A stretch of DNA of 64,000 nt from an uncultured Actinomycetota bacterium. GTDB taxonomy: Bacteria; Actinomycetota; Actinomycetes; Propionibacteriales; Nocardioidaceae. The stretch lies in contig CAWBAQ010000016.1 of NCBI GenBank assembly GCA_963786795.1, positions 70,230-134,229 of the forward strand, written 5' to 3'. Below the pieces are notes generated by a model. The model was not told where the DNA came from. It saw only the letters and a list, made by a program, of their open reading frames with translations, and searched no databases. Position numbers and translations under genes: made by a program. Positions 1-8,593 of the stretch are shown in pieces. How positions within the stretch are numbered: the stretch's first letter is position 1; each line of letters starts with the position of its first letter.

Positions 1-1260
1 GTCCGGGTCCACGTCCTCGTAGACGCCGTCGAGCATGTACTGCCGGTCACAGGCCAGCGCGAGCTCCAGCAGGAACCCGGCGAAGCAGCTGCCGGGTTCG
101 ATGACGGCGACGAGGCTGCGGCTGGTGACGTCGAGCCGCTTGAACGTGCGCTTGAGGTACTGCGTCGTCTCGTGCACGAACCAGTCGTCGGTGAGGTCGC
201 CGAGCTGTCCGTCGTACGCGAGGACGGCGTCGACGTCGCCCTCGGTGCGGAGGACCCACGTGCCGAGCTCCTGCTCGTTGGTGCGCAGCCGGAGCACCAG
301 GTCGTCGAGGGCCCGGGCGACGGCGAACGGGTAGTAGTCCACGCCCTGCTCGACGGGACTCTCCGGCGGCGCGTCGGTCGGGCCGGCGACGGTGATGTCG
401 ACGCGGCGGGCCGCGCGGTCGACCTTCGCGGTCACGTGCGGGTAGGTGATCGTGTCGCCGTCCTCGGTGCGCTCGAGCGGGGTCAGCGAGATGCCGGCGC
501 CGGCCCGGCGGGGCGACGCGTCCGCGGCCTCGCGGGCCCGGCGGGCGATGTCCTCGTCCCAGCTCTTGCGGGCCACGGTCGCGTCGACGAGCCCCCACTC
601 GACGGCGGTCGAGCCGCGGTAGCCCTCGGACTTGGTGGCGAAGAGGTCGGCCCGGTCCTTGCGGACGTGGCGCTTGTCGACGACGCGGGTCAGGCCGCCG
701 GTCCCGGGGAGCACGCCGAGCAGCGGGACCTCGGGGAGGCTGACGGTCGAGGAGCCGTCGTCGATGAGCACGATCTCGTCGCAGGCCAGCGCCAGCTCGT
801 AGCCGCCGCCCGCGGCGGTGCCGTTGAGCGCGGCGATCCAGGTCTGGCCACTGGTCTCGTGGGCGTCCTCGATGGTGTTGCGGGTCTCGTTGGTGAACTT
901 GCAGAAGTTCACCTTCCACGCGTGGCTCGACTGGGCGAGCATCCGGATGTTCGCGCCGGCGCAGAACATCTTCTCCAGCCCGCCGGTCATCACCACGGCC
1001 TTGACCTCGGGGTGCTCGAAGCGCAGCCGCTGCACCGCGTCGTACAGCTCGATGTCGACACCGAGGTCGTAGGAGTTCATCTTCAGCGCGTAGCCCTCGA
1101 CCAGGCCGGCGTCCTCGTCGACCGTCAGCGTCAGCGTGGCCACGTCGCCGTCCACGTCGAGCCGCCAGTGCCGGTAGCGGTCCGGCGAGGTGTCGAAGTC
1201 GACCACCGGGACCTCGGGGGCCTGCTGGTCGGCTTCGCGGTCGGACTCGAGCACGGTCAT
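1..1260 (-). CDS. boxC: 2,3-epoxybenzoyl-CoA dihydrolase (crotonase family), 3' end outside the window
   Basis: Manual translation from ATG 1260: MTVLESD...DFDTSPDRYRHWRL...LKMNSYDLGVDIELYDAVQRLRFEHPEVK...FCAGANIRML...HAWKVNFCKFTNETRN...GGGYELALACD...VSLPEVPLLGVLPGTGGLTRVVDKR, typical BoxC motifs. AGGAG RBS upstream. Missing from the ORF track because it runs off the edge. Confidence 0.92.
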   Translation of the reverse strand, partial: MTVLESDREADQQAPEVPVVDFDTSPDRYRHWRLDVDGDVATLTLTVDEDAGLVEGYALKMNSYDLGVDIELYDAVQRLRFEHPEVKAVVMTGGLEKMFCAGANIRMLAQSSHAWKVNFCKFTNETRNTIEDAHETSGQTWIAALNGTAAGGGYELALACDEIVLIDDGSSTVSLPEVPLLGVLPGTGGLTRVVDKRHVRKDRADLFATKSEGYRGSTAVEWGLVDATVARKSWDEDIARRAREAADASPRRAGAGISLTPLERTEDGDTITYPHVTAKVDRAARRVDITVAGPTDAPPESPVEQGVDYYPFAVARALDDLVLRLRTNEQELGTWVLRTEGDVDAVLAYDGQLGDLTDDWFVHETTQYLKRTFKRLDVTSRSLVAVIEPGSCFAGFLLELALACDRQYMLDGVYEDVDPD

Positions 1261-1305
1261 GACAAGCACCTCTCCTGCGTGCACTGCTGGCGTGTGGTCA
1301 ACAAC

Positions 1306-1348
1306 ACTCTACGCTCGACTCGCAGATCGTCAAGAGTTTGTCGACTGT
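1306..1348 (-). promoter_or_regulatory. Putative boxC promoter (TTGACG-16-TAGAGT) with overlapping 18-bp motif
   Basis: Minus strand reads TTGACG-N16-TAGAGT. CAAGAGTTTGTCGACTGT (1331-1348) matches 7403-7420 at 17/18 positions. Confidence 0.55.
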
Positions 1349-1388
1349 CAATCCACGCGGAACGGCGGGGCGATGCGAGAATGTCCCC

Positions 1389-2240
1389 GTGTCCGAGCCG
1401 TCCCCGTCCTCCCGCCGGCGCGAGATCGGCTCCGCCAGCGCCCGGTCGCTGCTGCTGACCGTCCTCGGCGAGTTCGTGCACCCCCGGCACGCCTCGGTCT
1501 GGACCGCCACCCTGCTCGAGGCCCTCGGCGCGCTGGGGGTCGAGGAGAAGTCGGCCCGGCAGGCGTTGTCGCGCACGGCGTCCGAGGACCTGCTCGTGTC
1601 CTCGCGGCACGGGCGCCGCGTGCTCTGGGAGCTGACCGACGACGGCGCGCGGCTGCTCGAGGAGGGCACCCGGCGGATCTACGAGTTCATGCGCGAGCGG
1701 CACCCCTGGGACGGCCGGTGGCTGGTGCTCAGCGTGCCGATCCCCGAGACCCAGCGGCAGCTCCGGCACCGGCTGCGCACCCGGCTCACCTGGCTCGGCC
1801 TCGGCTCCCCGACCTCCGGCCTGTGGGTCACCCCCGACGCGACCAAGGCGGCGGACGTGCACCAGGTGGTTCGCGAGCTCGGCCTCGAGGCGCAGGCGTT
1901 CGCCTGGGTCGGACCGGCCAGCGGCATCGGTGACGAGAGCCGGCTGCTCGCCGACGCCTGGGACCTCGCCGACGTGGAGGACCGCTACCTCGGCTTCCTG
2001 GACGTCTTCGAGTCCCGGCGGGCCGACGGCCCCCGCGATGCGTTCGTCGCCCAGGTCGAGATGGTCCAGGAGTGGCGGCGGTTCCCGTTCCTCGACCCCG
2101 ACCTGCCCGGCGAGCTGCTCGACCACGACTGGCCGGGCCCGCGGGCCGCCGCCGCCTTCCACGACCGGCACGCCCGCTGGCACCGGGCCGCCCAGGCCGA
2201 GTGGGACCGGATGGACCGGACCGCCGGACCGAGGTCCTGA
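1389..2240 (+). CDS. paaX: PaaX-family transcriptional regulator
   Basis: SARSLLLTVLGEFV N-terminus, WDGRW and LGLGSPTSGLWVTP motifs, C-terminal WRRFPFLDPDLPGELL..DWPG. Divergent from boxC. Confidence 0.9.
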   Translation: MSEPSPSSRRREIGSASARSLLLTVLGEFVHPRHASVWTATLLEALGALGVEEKSARQALSRTASEDLLVSSRHGRRVLWELTDDGARLLEEGTRRIYEFMRERHPWDGRWLVLSVPIPETQRQLRHRLRTRLTWLGLGSPTSGLWVTPDATKAADVHQVVRELGLEAQAFAWVGPASGIGDESRLLADAWDLADVEDRYLGFLDVFESRRADGPRDAFVAQVEMVQEWRRFPFLDPDLPGELLDHDWPGPRAAAAFHDRHARWHRAAQAEWDRMDRTAGPRS

Positions 2241-2331
2241 CCTCGCCGGCGGGGCATGGACAGGACCGCTCGGTAAACGTATCTTCACTAGTTGACCGAC
2301 GAAGAACCTCTACTCGGGAGAGGCCCTCGCC

Positions 2332-2828
2332 ATGTTCAACGACCACGCACGCGGCTTCGTCGCCACCCTGGTCCTCGCCGCCTCGGGCCCCCGCCTGGGC
2401 TGCGCCCGCGGCCCTCGCCACACCCCCCGCCGCCGGGACTGCTGCGGGCAGCTACCGGGACGCACCCGCGTCCTACGAGTCCAAGATCCTCTACTGGACG
2501 AACGTGCAGCGACGCGCGCACGGCGTCCGCCCGCTGAGGGCGGCCGCCTGCGCCGACCGGTTCGCCGAGTCGTGGGGACGCCACCTGGCCCGCACGAGCT
2601 CGTTCTACCACCAGGGCCTGACGCCCGATCCTGCGCACCTGCCGCAAGCGCGCCGCCGGCGAGAACATCGGCAGGGGCAACGTCTCGGCCAGGACCATGG
2701 TGGCGATGTGGATGCGTTCGCCCGGCCACCGCGCGAACCTGCTCGACGGCACCTACACCCGGCTCGGCGTCGGCGCTGCCTACTCGGGCAGCGGACGGCT
2801 CTACACGGTCCAGGACTTCACCAGCTGA
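2332..2828 (+). CDS. CAP/SCP-domain secreted protein (frameshifted in the assembly)
   Basis: Pieces in different frames: TNVQRRAHGVRPL...SSFYHQ and GENIGRG...MVAMWMRSPGHRANLLDGTYTRLGVG...YTVQDF, typical CAP motifs. Signal-peptide-like N-terminus. Confidence 0.75.
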
Positions 2829-2893
2829 CTTCGGGCCCGCTGAGGCGCGCCGGACCGTTGAGCCCGACTGACCCGCGGGTCTAGCGTCGGCCC

Positions 2894-3379
2894 ATGTCCT
2901 ACCCACCTCCGCAGCACTTCGGGAACGGCGAGGCGAGCGCCCGGTACCGCCCCGTCGACACCCCTCCGGAGCTCCCCCGGCCCGGGGGAGCCGCGAGCTA
3001 TCTCGCGACAGGAGCATCCACCGGCGGCAAGTTCGGGCTGTACCGCTGGGACATGGGCCCCGAACCGGCAGGCGCCGACGCCCACTTCCACCGCACCTTC
3101 ACCGAGTCGTTCTTCGTGCTGTCCGGGAACGTCCGGCTCTTCGACGGCCACGGCTGGTTCGACGCCCGTCCGGGCGACTTCGACTTCGTGCCCGAGGGCG
3201 GCTTGCACGGCTTCCGCAACGAGTCCGGCGCCCCCGCGTCGCTGCTGATCCTGTTCGCGCCCGGGGCACCGCGCGAGGCCTACTTCGAAGGCCTGGTCGA
3301 GCTCGCCGAGGGCCGGTGGAAACCGAGCCACGAGGAGCTCCAGGCGTTCTTCGTGGAGCACGACAACATCTACGTCTGA
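2894..3379 (+). CDS. Cupin-domain protein
   Basis: HFHRTFTESFFVLSG...VPEGGLHGFRN cupin motifs. Leaderless TAGCGT-N6-ATG. Confidence 0.85.
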   Translation: MSYPPPQHFGNGEASARYRPVDTPPELPRPGGAASYLATGASTGGKFGLYRWDMGPEPAGADAHFHRTFTESFFVLSGNVRLFDGHGWFDARPGDFDFVPEGGLHGFRNESGAPASLLILFAPGAPREAYFEGLVELAEGRWKPSHEELQAFFVEHDNIYV

Positions 3380-3497
3380 GGACCCATGGCCCTGGACACC
3401 CGCGTCCCCGTCGCCTAGGTTCGAGGGGTCGGGTTGGGATGACAGCCCGCGGCCGAAAGCCAGGCCGCGAGAAGCTTCTCCCACAAGGAATTCGTGC

Positions 3498-3911
3498 ATG
3501 CCGGTCAGACACCTCCCCCACGCGGACGCACGGCAGACCACTGAGCGACTGCTGGACTCGCTGAAGCACTGGCACGTCGCGGACCTGACCGCAGCGCCGA
3601 CGCCGCTCGTCCCCGAGCTTCGCGCGATCAACGCCAACCGCGCCGTCGTCGAGCAGGCCAAGGGTGCGCTGATGCTGCGCTACGGGCTCGACTCCCACCA
3701 GGCGTTCGCCGTGCTGGTCCGCTGGGCGCGAGAGACCCACACACCCGTGCACACCATCGCCCACACGCTGATCCACGGCATCTGCGAGGGCAGCCCCCAG
3801 ACCGGACGGCGCCAGGCGCCCCTGCTGCGCTGGATGGAGAATCGGCTCCGGCACAACGAGCCCGACCTCGCACAACCCTCCGGGCCGGCCTGGGCCGGGA
3901 CCGAGCACTGA
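3498..3911 (+). CDS. Stand-alone ANTAR-domain protein
   Basis: NRAVVEQAKGALMLRYGLDSHQAFAVLVRWARETHTPVHTIA ANTAR signature. Confidence 0.8.
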   Translation: MPVRHLPHADARQTTERLLDSLKHWHVADLTAAPTPLVPELRAINANRAVVEQAKGALMLRYGLDSHQAFAVLVRWARETHTPVHTIAHTLIHGICEGSPQTGRRQAPLLRWMENRLRHNEPDLAQPSGPAWAGTEH

Positions 3912-3995
3912 GACTCCGCGCTCCTCAGGAGGGTGCGGACAAGGGGGTGTGCAGGGGCACCGGCTCACGCAGTCGGCTGCCCCTGCACCGCCCGC

Positions 3996-4688
3996 TCACG
4001 ACGGCGTCTGCCGGGTCCGGACGAGCTCCTCGGCCACGCGGCTGAGCCGCACGTTGCGGCTCTGCGAGACACGACGGAGTACGGCGAACGCCTGCGCGGG
4101 CGGGATGTCGAAGCGCTCCATCAGGATGCCTTCGGCGCGGCCGATGACGGTCCGGTGGCTGATCGCCGTCTCGAGGTTCTCGACGTTCTCCGACGCGGCC
4201 AGCGCGACGGCCACGTGCGCCGCCAGGGCATACCCGGCGTAGACGTCTGCCGCGTCGAAGGCGTCGGGGGTCCTGGAGTAGAGATTCATCGCACCCAGGA
4301 TGTCCTCGCCCGTGAAGAGCCGGTAGCTGACGATGCTGAGGGCCCCGGTCTCCTCCACCACGCGGGGTCCCCAACGGGGCCATCGCTCGTCCGTGGTCAG
4401 GTCGCGGCTACCCACGGTGTCCTGGGTGTGGAGCGCGTCGTAGCAGGGCCCCTCCCTGAGCTCGAACTGGAGCTCGTCGACGCGCCTCACCGCCTCGTCG
4501 CTGGCGGCGGGGGTGTCGATGCCCTCCCGGTGGACGACAGAGATCCCGACCAGGTCGCACCCGTGGATGAGATCGGTGGCGACGGAGACGACCCTGTCCA
4601 GCGTCTGCTGGGTGCTCGCCCAGCCCTGCATCGAGCGCGCCGCCTCTGCCAGCTGGGCGGTCGAAGCCCCCCGGAAGCCTCCATGCAT
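3996..4688 (-). CDS. GAF and ANTAR domain protein
   Basis: GAF (VDELQFELREGPCYDA...RWPRWG...LGAMNLYS) plus ANTAR (HRTVIGRAEGILMERFDI...AFAVLRRVSQSRNVRL). Start codon uncertain. Confidence 0.88.
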   Translation of the reverse strand: MHGGFRGASTAQLAEAARSMQGWASTQQTLDRVVSVATDLIHGCDLVGISVVHREGIDTPAASDEAVRRVDELQFELREGPCYDALHTQDTVGSRDLTTDERWPRWGPRVVEETGALSIVSYRLFTGEDILGAMNLYSRTPDAFDAADVYAGYALAAHVAVALAASENVENLETAISHRTVIGRAEGILMERFDIPPAQAFAVLRRVSQSRNVRLSRVAEELVRTRQTPS

Positions 4689-4775
4689 CGGATACTCCGC
4701 CCCCACCAGGGACCCGGGCAAGGGAACGGCAGGCTGGACCGGACCGGCTAGACACTTCCGCCAGCGGCGCCGGGC

Positions 4776-5260
4776 TCAGGAGGGTGGGCGACCGCTCGAC
4801 CGGAGCGTGCAGGACACGTCACGCACGTCGGACCAGGGACCGGGTACGTCGACCAGCGGCCAGCGCCGAGGTCGGCAGCGCGACCGCCGCACCGGTGAGC
4901 CGTTCGACGAGCTCCTCGAACCCGGGGTTGTGACCCACCAGGACGGCGGTTCCGGCCTCCTCCGGCAGCCCGGCGACCACGGACAGCAGCTCGTCCACGG
5001 ACGCGGCGTAGACCCGGTCGTCCACCCGGGACGGCGGGACCTCGGAGAGCTCGGCGGCGACCAGGTCCCAGGTGCTGCGGGCCCGGGCGGCCGGTGACAC
5101 GACGACGTGGTCGAGGGCCGGGCCGTGCTCGGCCAGCCACCGGCCCGTCTCGGGTGCCTGGCGACGGCCGCGGTCGGCCAGCGGGCGCTCCCGGTCGTCC
5201 TCGCCGGTCGACCAGTCGGACTTCGCGTGGCGCAGCAGCGACGAGCGTGTGTCGGGACAT
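4776..5260 (-). CDS. SixA-type histidine phosphatase family protein (frameshifted)
   Basis: MSRHTL..LLRHAKSDW...DRERPLADRG...VSPAARARSTW...LVGHNPGFEEL...LPTSALA across frames. Confidence 0.8.
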
Positions 5261-5273
5261 CACGGCCTCCCCG

Positions 5274-5856
5274 TCAGTACTGGTGGTCGTCGACGTCGAC
5301 GTAGCCGCCGGACTCCTCGTGTCCCGGCGCGCGGTCGCCGTCGGCCGCCGGGTCGTAGGCACGCGACGGAGCGGGCTCGGCCTCCGACGAGCCGGCAGCC
5401 CGGCGCGGTCCTCCGCAGGTCGTCGGCGCCGACGCGCTTGCGCAGGGCGGTGTCTCCTTGGCCACCGACCGAACCGCGGTAGCCACGCACGGCCAGCCAG
5501 TCGTGCAGGTCGTCGCGTTGCGGGTGCGCGTCGCGGACGGTGTTGTAGACGTAGTTGAGCCCGCGCTTCGCGGCCTCGTCCTCGAGCCTCGCGATCACGA
5601 ACGACCCGACGCCCTGCTGCTGCGACGACGCGTCGACGGCCAGCAGGATCTCGGCGTCGCCGCCCCAGGTCGCGTCGAGCCAGCCGTAGCCGACCACCAC
5701 GCCCTCCGACGTACGCGCCGACCACCAGTCACCGGGCAGCGCCGCGCCGTCGGCGTACGACAGGTCGAGCGCCCCGGGGGGCGCCGACCCGATCACGCGT
5801 TGCTTGTCCGCGTCCCAGGTGGGGCTCGGCTCGTGCGACCAGGTCAGGTCGCTCAC
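5274..5856 (-). CDS. GNAT-family N-acetyltransferase (frameshift near the 3' end)
   Basis: GTG overlaps the boxB stop (GTGA). VVGYGWLD...AEILLAVDASSQQQGVGSFV acetyl-CoA-binding motif A. Confidence 0.78.
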
Positions 5857-7346
5857 GCCAAGCCCTCCTCGGCGAGGTGCACGTAGTCGAACTCGACCGG
5901 CTGGTCGTTGATGCCGGACTGGGGCGGCGCGATCCAGCCGGCGAACTTGCCGTACTCGTACTCCGGGACCATCAGGTCCGCGACGGCTCTGCGGTCCTCC
6001 GCGGACGGCAGGTAGCCGTCGACCTGGGCCTCCCACTGCTCGTCGGCGAGCACCTCGCCCTCGGGGCTGACGTGGTGCGCGGCGTACACGCCGACCCTGC
6101 GGTTGAAGCCCTCGTGCGGCAGGATCAGCCGCTCGTCGAGCCCCGCGTCCTCGAGCGCCTGGTTCCAGCGGCGCACGCCGTTGGCGCAGTCGGCGACGTA
6201 CTCGTCGCGGAGGTCGAGGTTCAGTGCCGACAGGGTCGGGACGGTCTTCTCCTTGATCTCGCCGTCCTCCACGTAGCGCATCGTGCGGGAGTCCTCGAGC
6301 AGCACGTGGTCGTCCTTGCGGCGGGTCTCCTGCCAGCGGCCCTTGAGCCCGGAGGAGTAGTAGTTGCCGGCGTTCGTGGACTGCTCGGAGCCGAAGAGGT
6401 CCATGGAGACGGAGAACTGGAAGTTGAGGTACTTCTGGATCACCGAGAGCGGGATGCCGCCGTGCTCCCAGATGTCGTCGGTGCCGTGCTCCTTCATCAG
6501 CTCGGCGGTCCGCTCCACCGTGCGCTGCACGCCGGTGGTGCCGACGAACATGTGGTGCGCCTCCTCCTTGAGCATGAACTCGCAGGTGCGGGCCAGCGGG
6601 TCGAAGGCCGACTCCTTCAGGGTGCCGAGCTGGTACTTCCCGTCGCGGTCGGTGAAGTAGGTGAACATGAAGAACTGGAGCCAGTCGGTGGTCTCCTCGT
6701 TGAACGCGCCCAGGATCCGCGGGGCGTCGATGTCGCCGCTGTTGCGCTTGAGCAGCTGCTCGGCCTCCTCGCGCCCCTCGCGGCCGAAGTAGGCGTGCAG
6801 CAGGTAGACCATCGCCCAGAGGTGACGGCCCTCCTCGACGTTGACCTGGAACAGGTTGCGCAGGTCGTAGATGCTCGGCGCCGTGTTGCCGAGGACCCGC
6901 TGCTGCTCCACCGACGCCGGCTCGGTGTCGCCCTGCACGACGATCAGCCGCATCAGGTCCGCCCGGTGCTCGCCCGGGATCTCCTGCCAGGCCGGCTCGC
7001 CCTTGTGCTTGCCGAACGCGACCGTGCGGTCCGGGTTCTGCTCCGCGAGGAAGATGCCCCAGCGGTACTCCTCCATCGGCACGTGGTCGAAGTGCGCCCA
7101 CCCGTCCCGGCCGACCGCGATCGCCGTACGCAGGTAGACGTCCTTGGTGGGCAGCGCCGGGCCGAGGGTCTTCCACCAGTCGATGAACTTCGGCTGCCAG
7201 CCCTCGAGCGCCCGCTGCAGCCGCCGGTCGTCCGCGAGGTTCACGTTGTTGGGGATCCGCTCGGAGTAGTCGATCTTGCTGAGCGGTCCGGTCGGCGTGG
7301 GGGCTGCGCCGGTGCGGTCGTCGGTGCTGGTCGCTGGGGTGGTCAT
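5853..7346 (-). CDS. boxB: Benzoyl-CoA 2,3-epoxidase subunit BoxB (di-iron)
   Basis: IPNNVNL..DRRLQRALE.WQP, VYLRTA, QGDTEPASVEQQ, NVEEGRHLWAMVYLL, FTDRDGKYQL and EEAHHMFVG di-iron motifs. Intact 497 aa ORF. Confidence 0.96.
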   Translation of the reverse strand: MTTPATSTDDRTGAAPTPTGPLSKIDYSERIPNNVNLADDRRLQRALEGWQPKFIDWWKTLGPALPTKDVYLRTAIAVGRDGWAHFDHVPMEEYRWGIFLAEQNPDRTVAFGKHKGEPAWQEIPGEHRADLMRLIVVQGDTEPASVEQQRVLGNTAPSIYDLRNLFQVNVEEGRHLWAMVYLLHAYFGREGREEAEQLLKRNSGDIDAPRILGAFNEETTDWLQFFMFTYFTDRDGKYQLGTLKESAFDPLARTCEFMLKEEAHHMFVGTTGVQRTVERTAELMKEHGTDDIWEHGGIPLSVIQKYLNFQFSVSMDLFGSEQSTNAGNYYSSGLKGRWQETRRKDDHVLLEDSRTMRYVEDGEIKEKTVPTLSALNLDLRDEYVADCANGVRRWNQALEDAGLDERLILPHEGFNRRVGVYAAHHVSPEGEVLADEQWEAQVDGYLPSAEDRRAVADLMVPEYEYGKFAGWIAPPQSGINDQPVEFDYVHLAEEGLA

Positions 7347-7377
7347 GTCGGCTCCTGTCGAAGAGGCTTCCTCTAAG

Positions 7378-7420
7378 TTCTACACTTCCTTTGCGAACAC
7401 GACAAGACTTTGTCGACTGT
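7378..7420 (-). promoter_or_regulatory. Putative boxB promoter (TTGTCG-17-TAGAAC) with overlapping 18-bp motif
   Basis: CAAGACTTTGTCGACTGT at 7403-7420, in the same position relative to the -35 as the boxC copy. Confidence 0.55.
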
Positions 7421-7468
7421 TTCTGCCCCGCCGGGCGTACGACGCGCCGCGGACGGGATACTTCGCGG

Positions 7469-7885
7469 GTGAGCGAATCCCCTGCGATCGGCCCCCTCGA
7501 CGACGACGTCACCGGCGCGTTCGTCCGTCACCTCGGCGTCGAGTTCGACGAGGTCAGCGGCGACCGCGTGACGGCGACCTGGACCGCGAAGCCCGACCTG
7601 CACCAGCCCTACGGCATCGTGCACGGCGGCGTGCACTGCTCCGTGATCGAGACGCTGGCCAGCGTCGGCGCGGCGATGTGGATGGGCGAGAGGGGCAAGG
7701 TCGTCGGCGTCAACAACAACACCGACTTCTACCGCGCCGTCCGCGAGGGCACGCTCACCTCGACCGCGACCCCGCTGCACCGCGGCCGGTCGCAGCAGGT
7801 CTGGCTCGTCGAGACCGTCGACGAGGCCGGCAAGGTCACCGCGCGCGGCCAGGTCCGCCTGCAGAACCTCTACCCCGACGCCTGA
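7469..7885 (+). CDS. PaaI-family (hotdog) thioesterase
   Basis: LHQPYGIVHGGVHCSVIETLASVGA motif. Divergent from boxB. Confidence 0.9.
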   Translation: MSESPAIGPLDDDVTGAFVRHLGVEFDEVSGDRVTATWTAKPDLHQPYGIVHGGVHCSVIETLASVGAAMWMGERGKVVGVNNNTDFYRAVREGTLTSTATPLHRGRSQQVWLVETVDEAGKVTARGQVRLQNLYPDA

Positions 7886-8535
7886 GGGTCCACCAGGACA
7901 CCGGCGCCGACACCGGCCCCGCGGATCATCCAGACGCTGACGGCCAGCACGAAGACCAGGAACGCCAGCGGCGCCACGACACCGAGCACCGTCGACCCCA
8001 GGACGCTCAGCAGGGCGTGGGCAGCGGCGACCAGAGCGAGAAGCGCCCCGGACGCGCGCAGCCAGGTGGGGTGTCCCGCCTGGGCGCAGGCGAGGCCCAG
8101 GCCCGCGACCGCCAGGAACAGCAGCACGTCCGTCCAGTCGGTGGCGTCGGCGAACAGCCGCACCGCTCCGCCGTCGAGCGACGGGACCAGGGCCAGCACG
8201 AGAACCGCGAGACAGGTGAGCACCGACGCGGCGACGACAGCCAGGCCGGCCACCCGGACCCGGCGCAGGCCGACCGAGGTCATCCGGGTCGTCCGGGCCG
8301 ACGTGGCCACGAAGGCGGTCAGCCACCGCCACAGCAGGTAGGAGCAGAAGAGCTGGACCACCTGGTCGACGGCGATGAAGGCCCGATGGTCGGCGTAGTA
8401 CGCGGCGATGAAGGCGTCGGAGTGCGTCGTCCTCGGCAGCGACACGGCCGCCTCCGCGAGCAGCAGCAGGACGACGAAGACCACGCCCGCCCATCCCCCC
8501 GCGGGTGAGGGCCGGTCGTCCTCCGCCGTACGCAT
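7870..8535 (-). CDS. Hypothetical multi-pass membrane protein
   Basis: About six hydrophobic segments. No recognisable family. Confidence 0.6.
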   Translation of the reverse strand: MRTAEDDRPSPAGGWAGVVFVVLLLLAEAAVSLPRTTHSDAFIAAYYADHRAFIAVDQVVQLFCSYLLWRWLTAFVATSARTTRMTSVGLRRVRVAGLAVVAASVLTCLAVLVLALVPSLDGGAVRLFADATDWTDVLLFLAVAGLGLACAQAGHPTWLRASGALLALVAAAHALLSVLGSTVLGVVAPLAFLVFVLAVSVWMIRGAGVGAGVLVDPQASG

Positions 8536-8593
8536 CCCGCCAGGTTTGCAGCAGCGCGACCGCCGCGCCATGGCCCGACAGGGCGGTCCGGCC

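Noticed and set aside
3440-3497. Hairpins upstream of the stand-alone ANTAR gene as an ANTAR target RNA or riboswitch
   Set aside because: A CGCGGCC/GGCCGCG stem exists, but the loop is 8 nt and there is no tandem hexaloop pair or recognisable riboswitch core.
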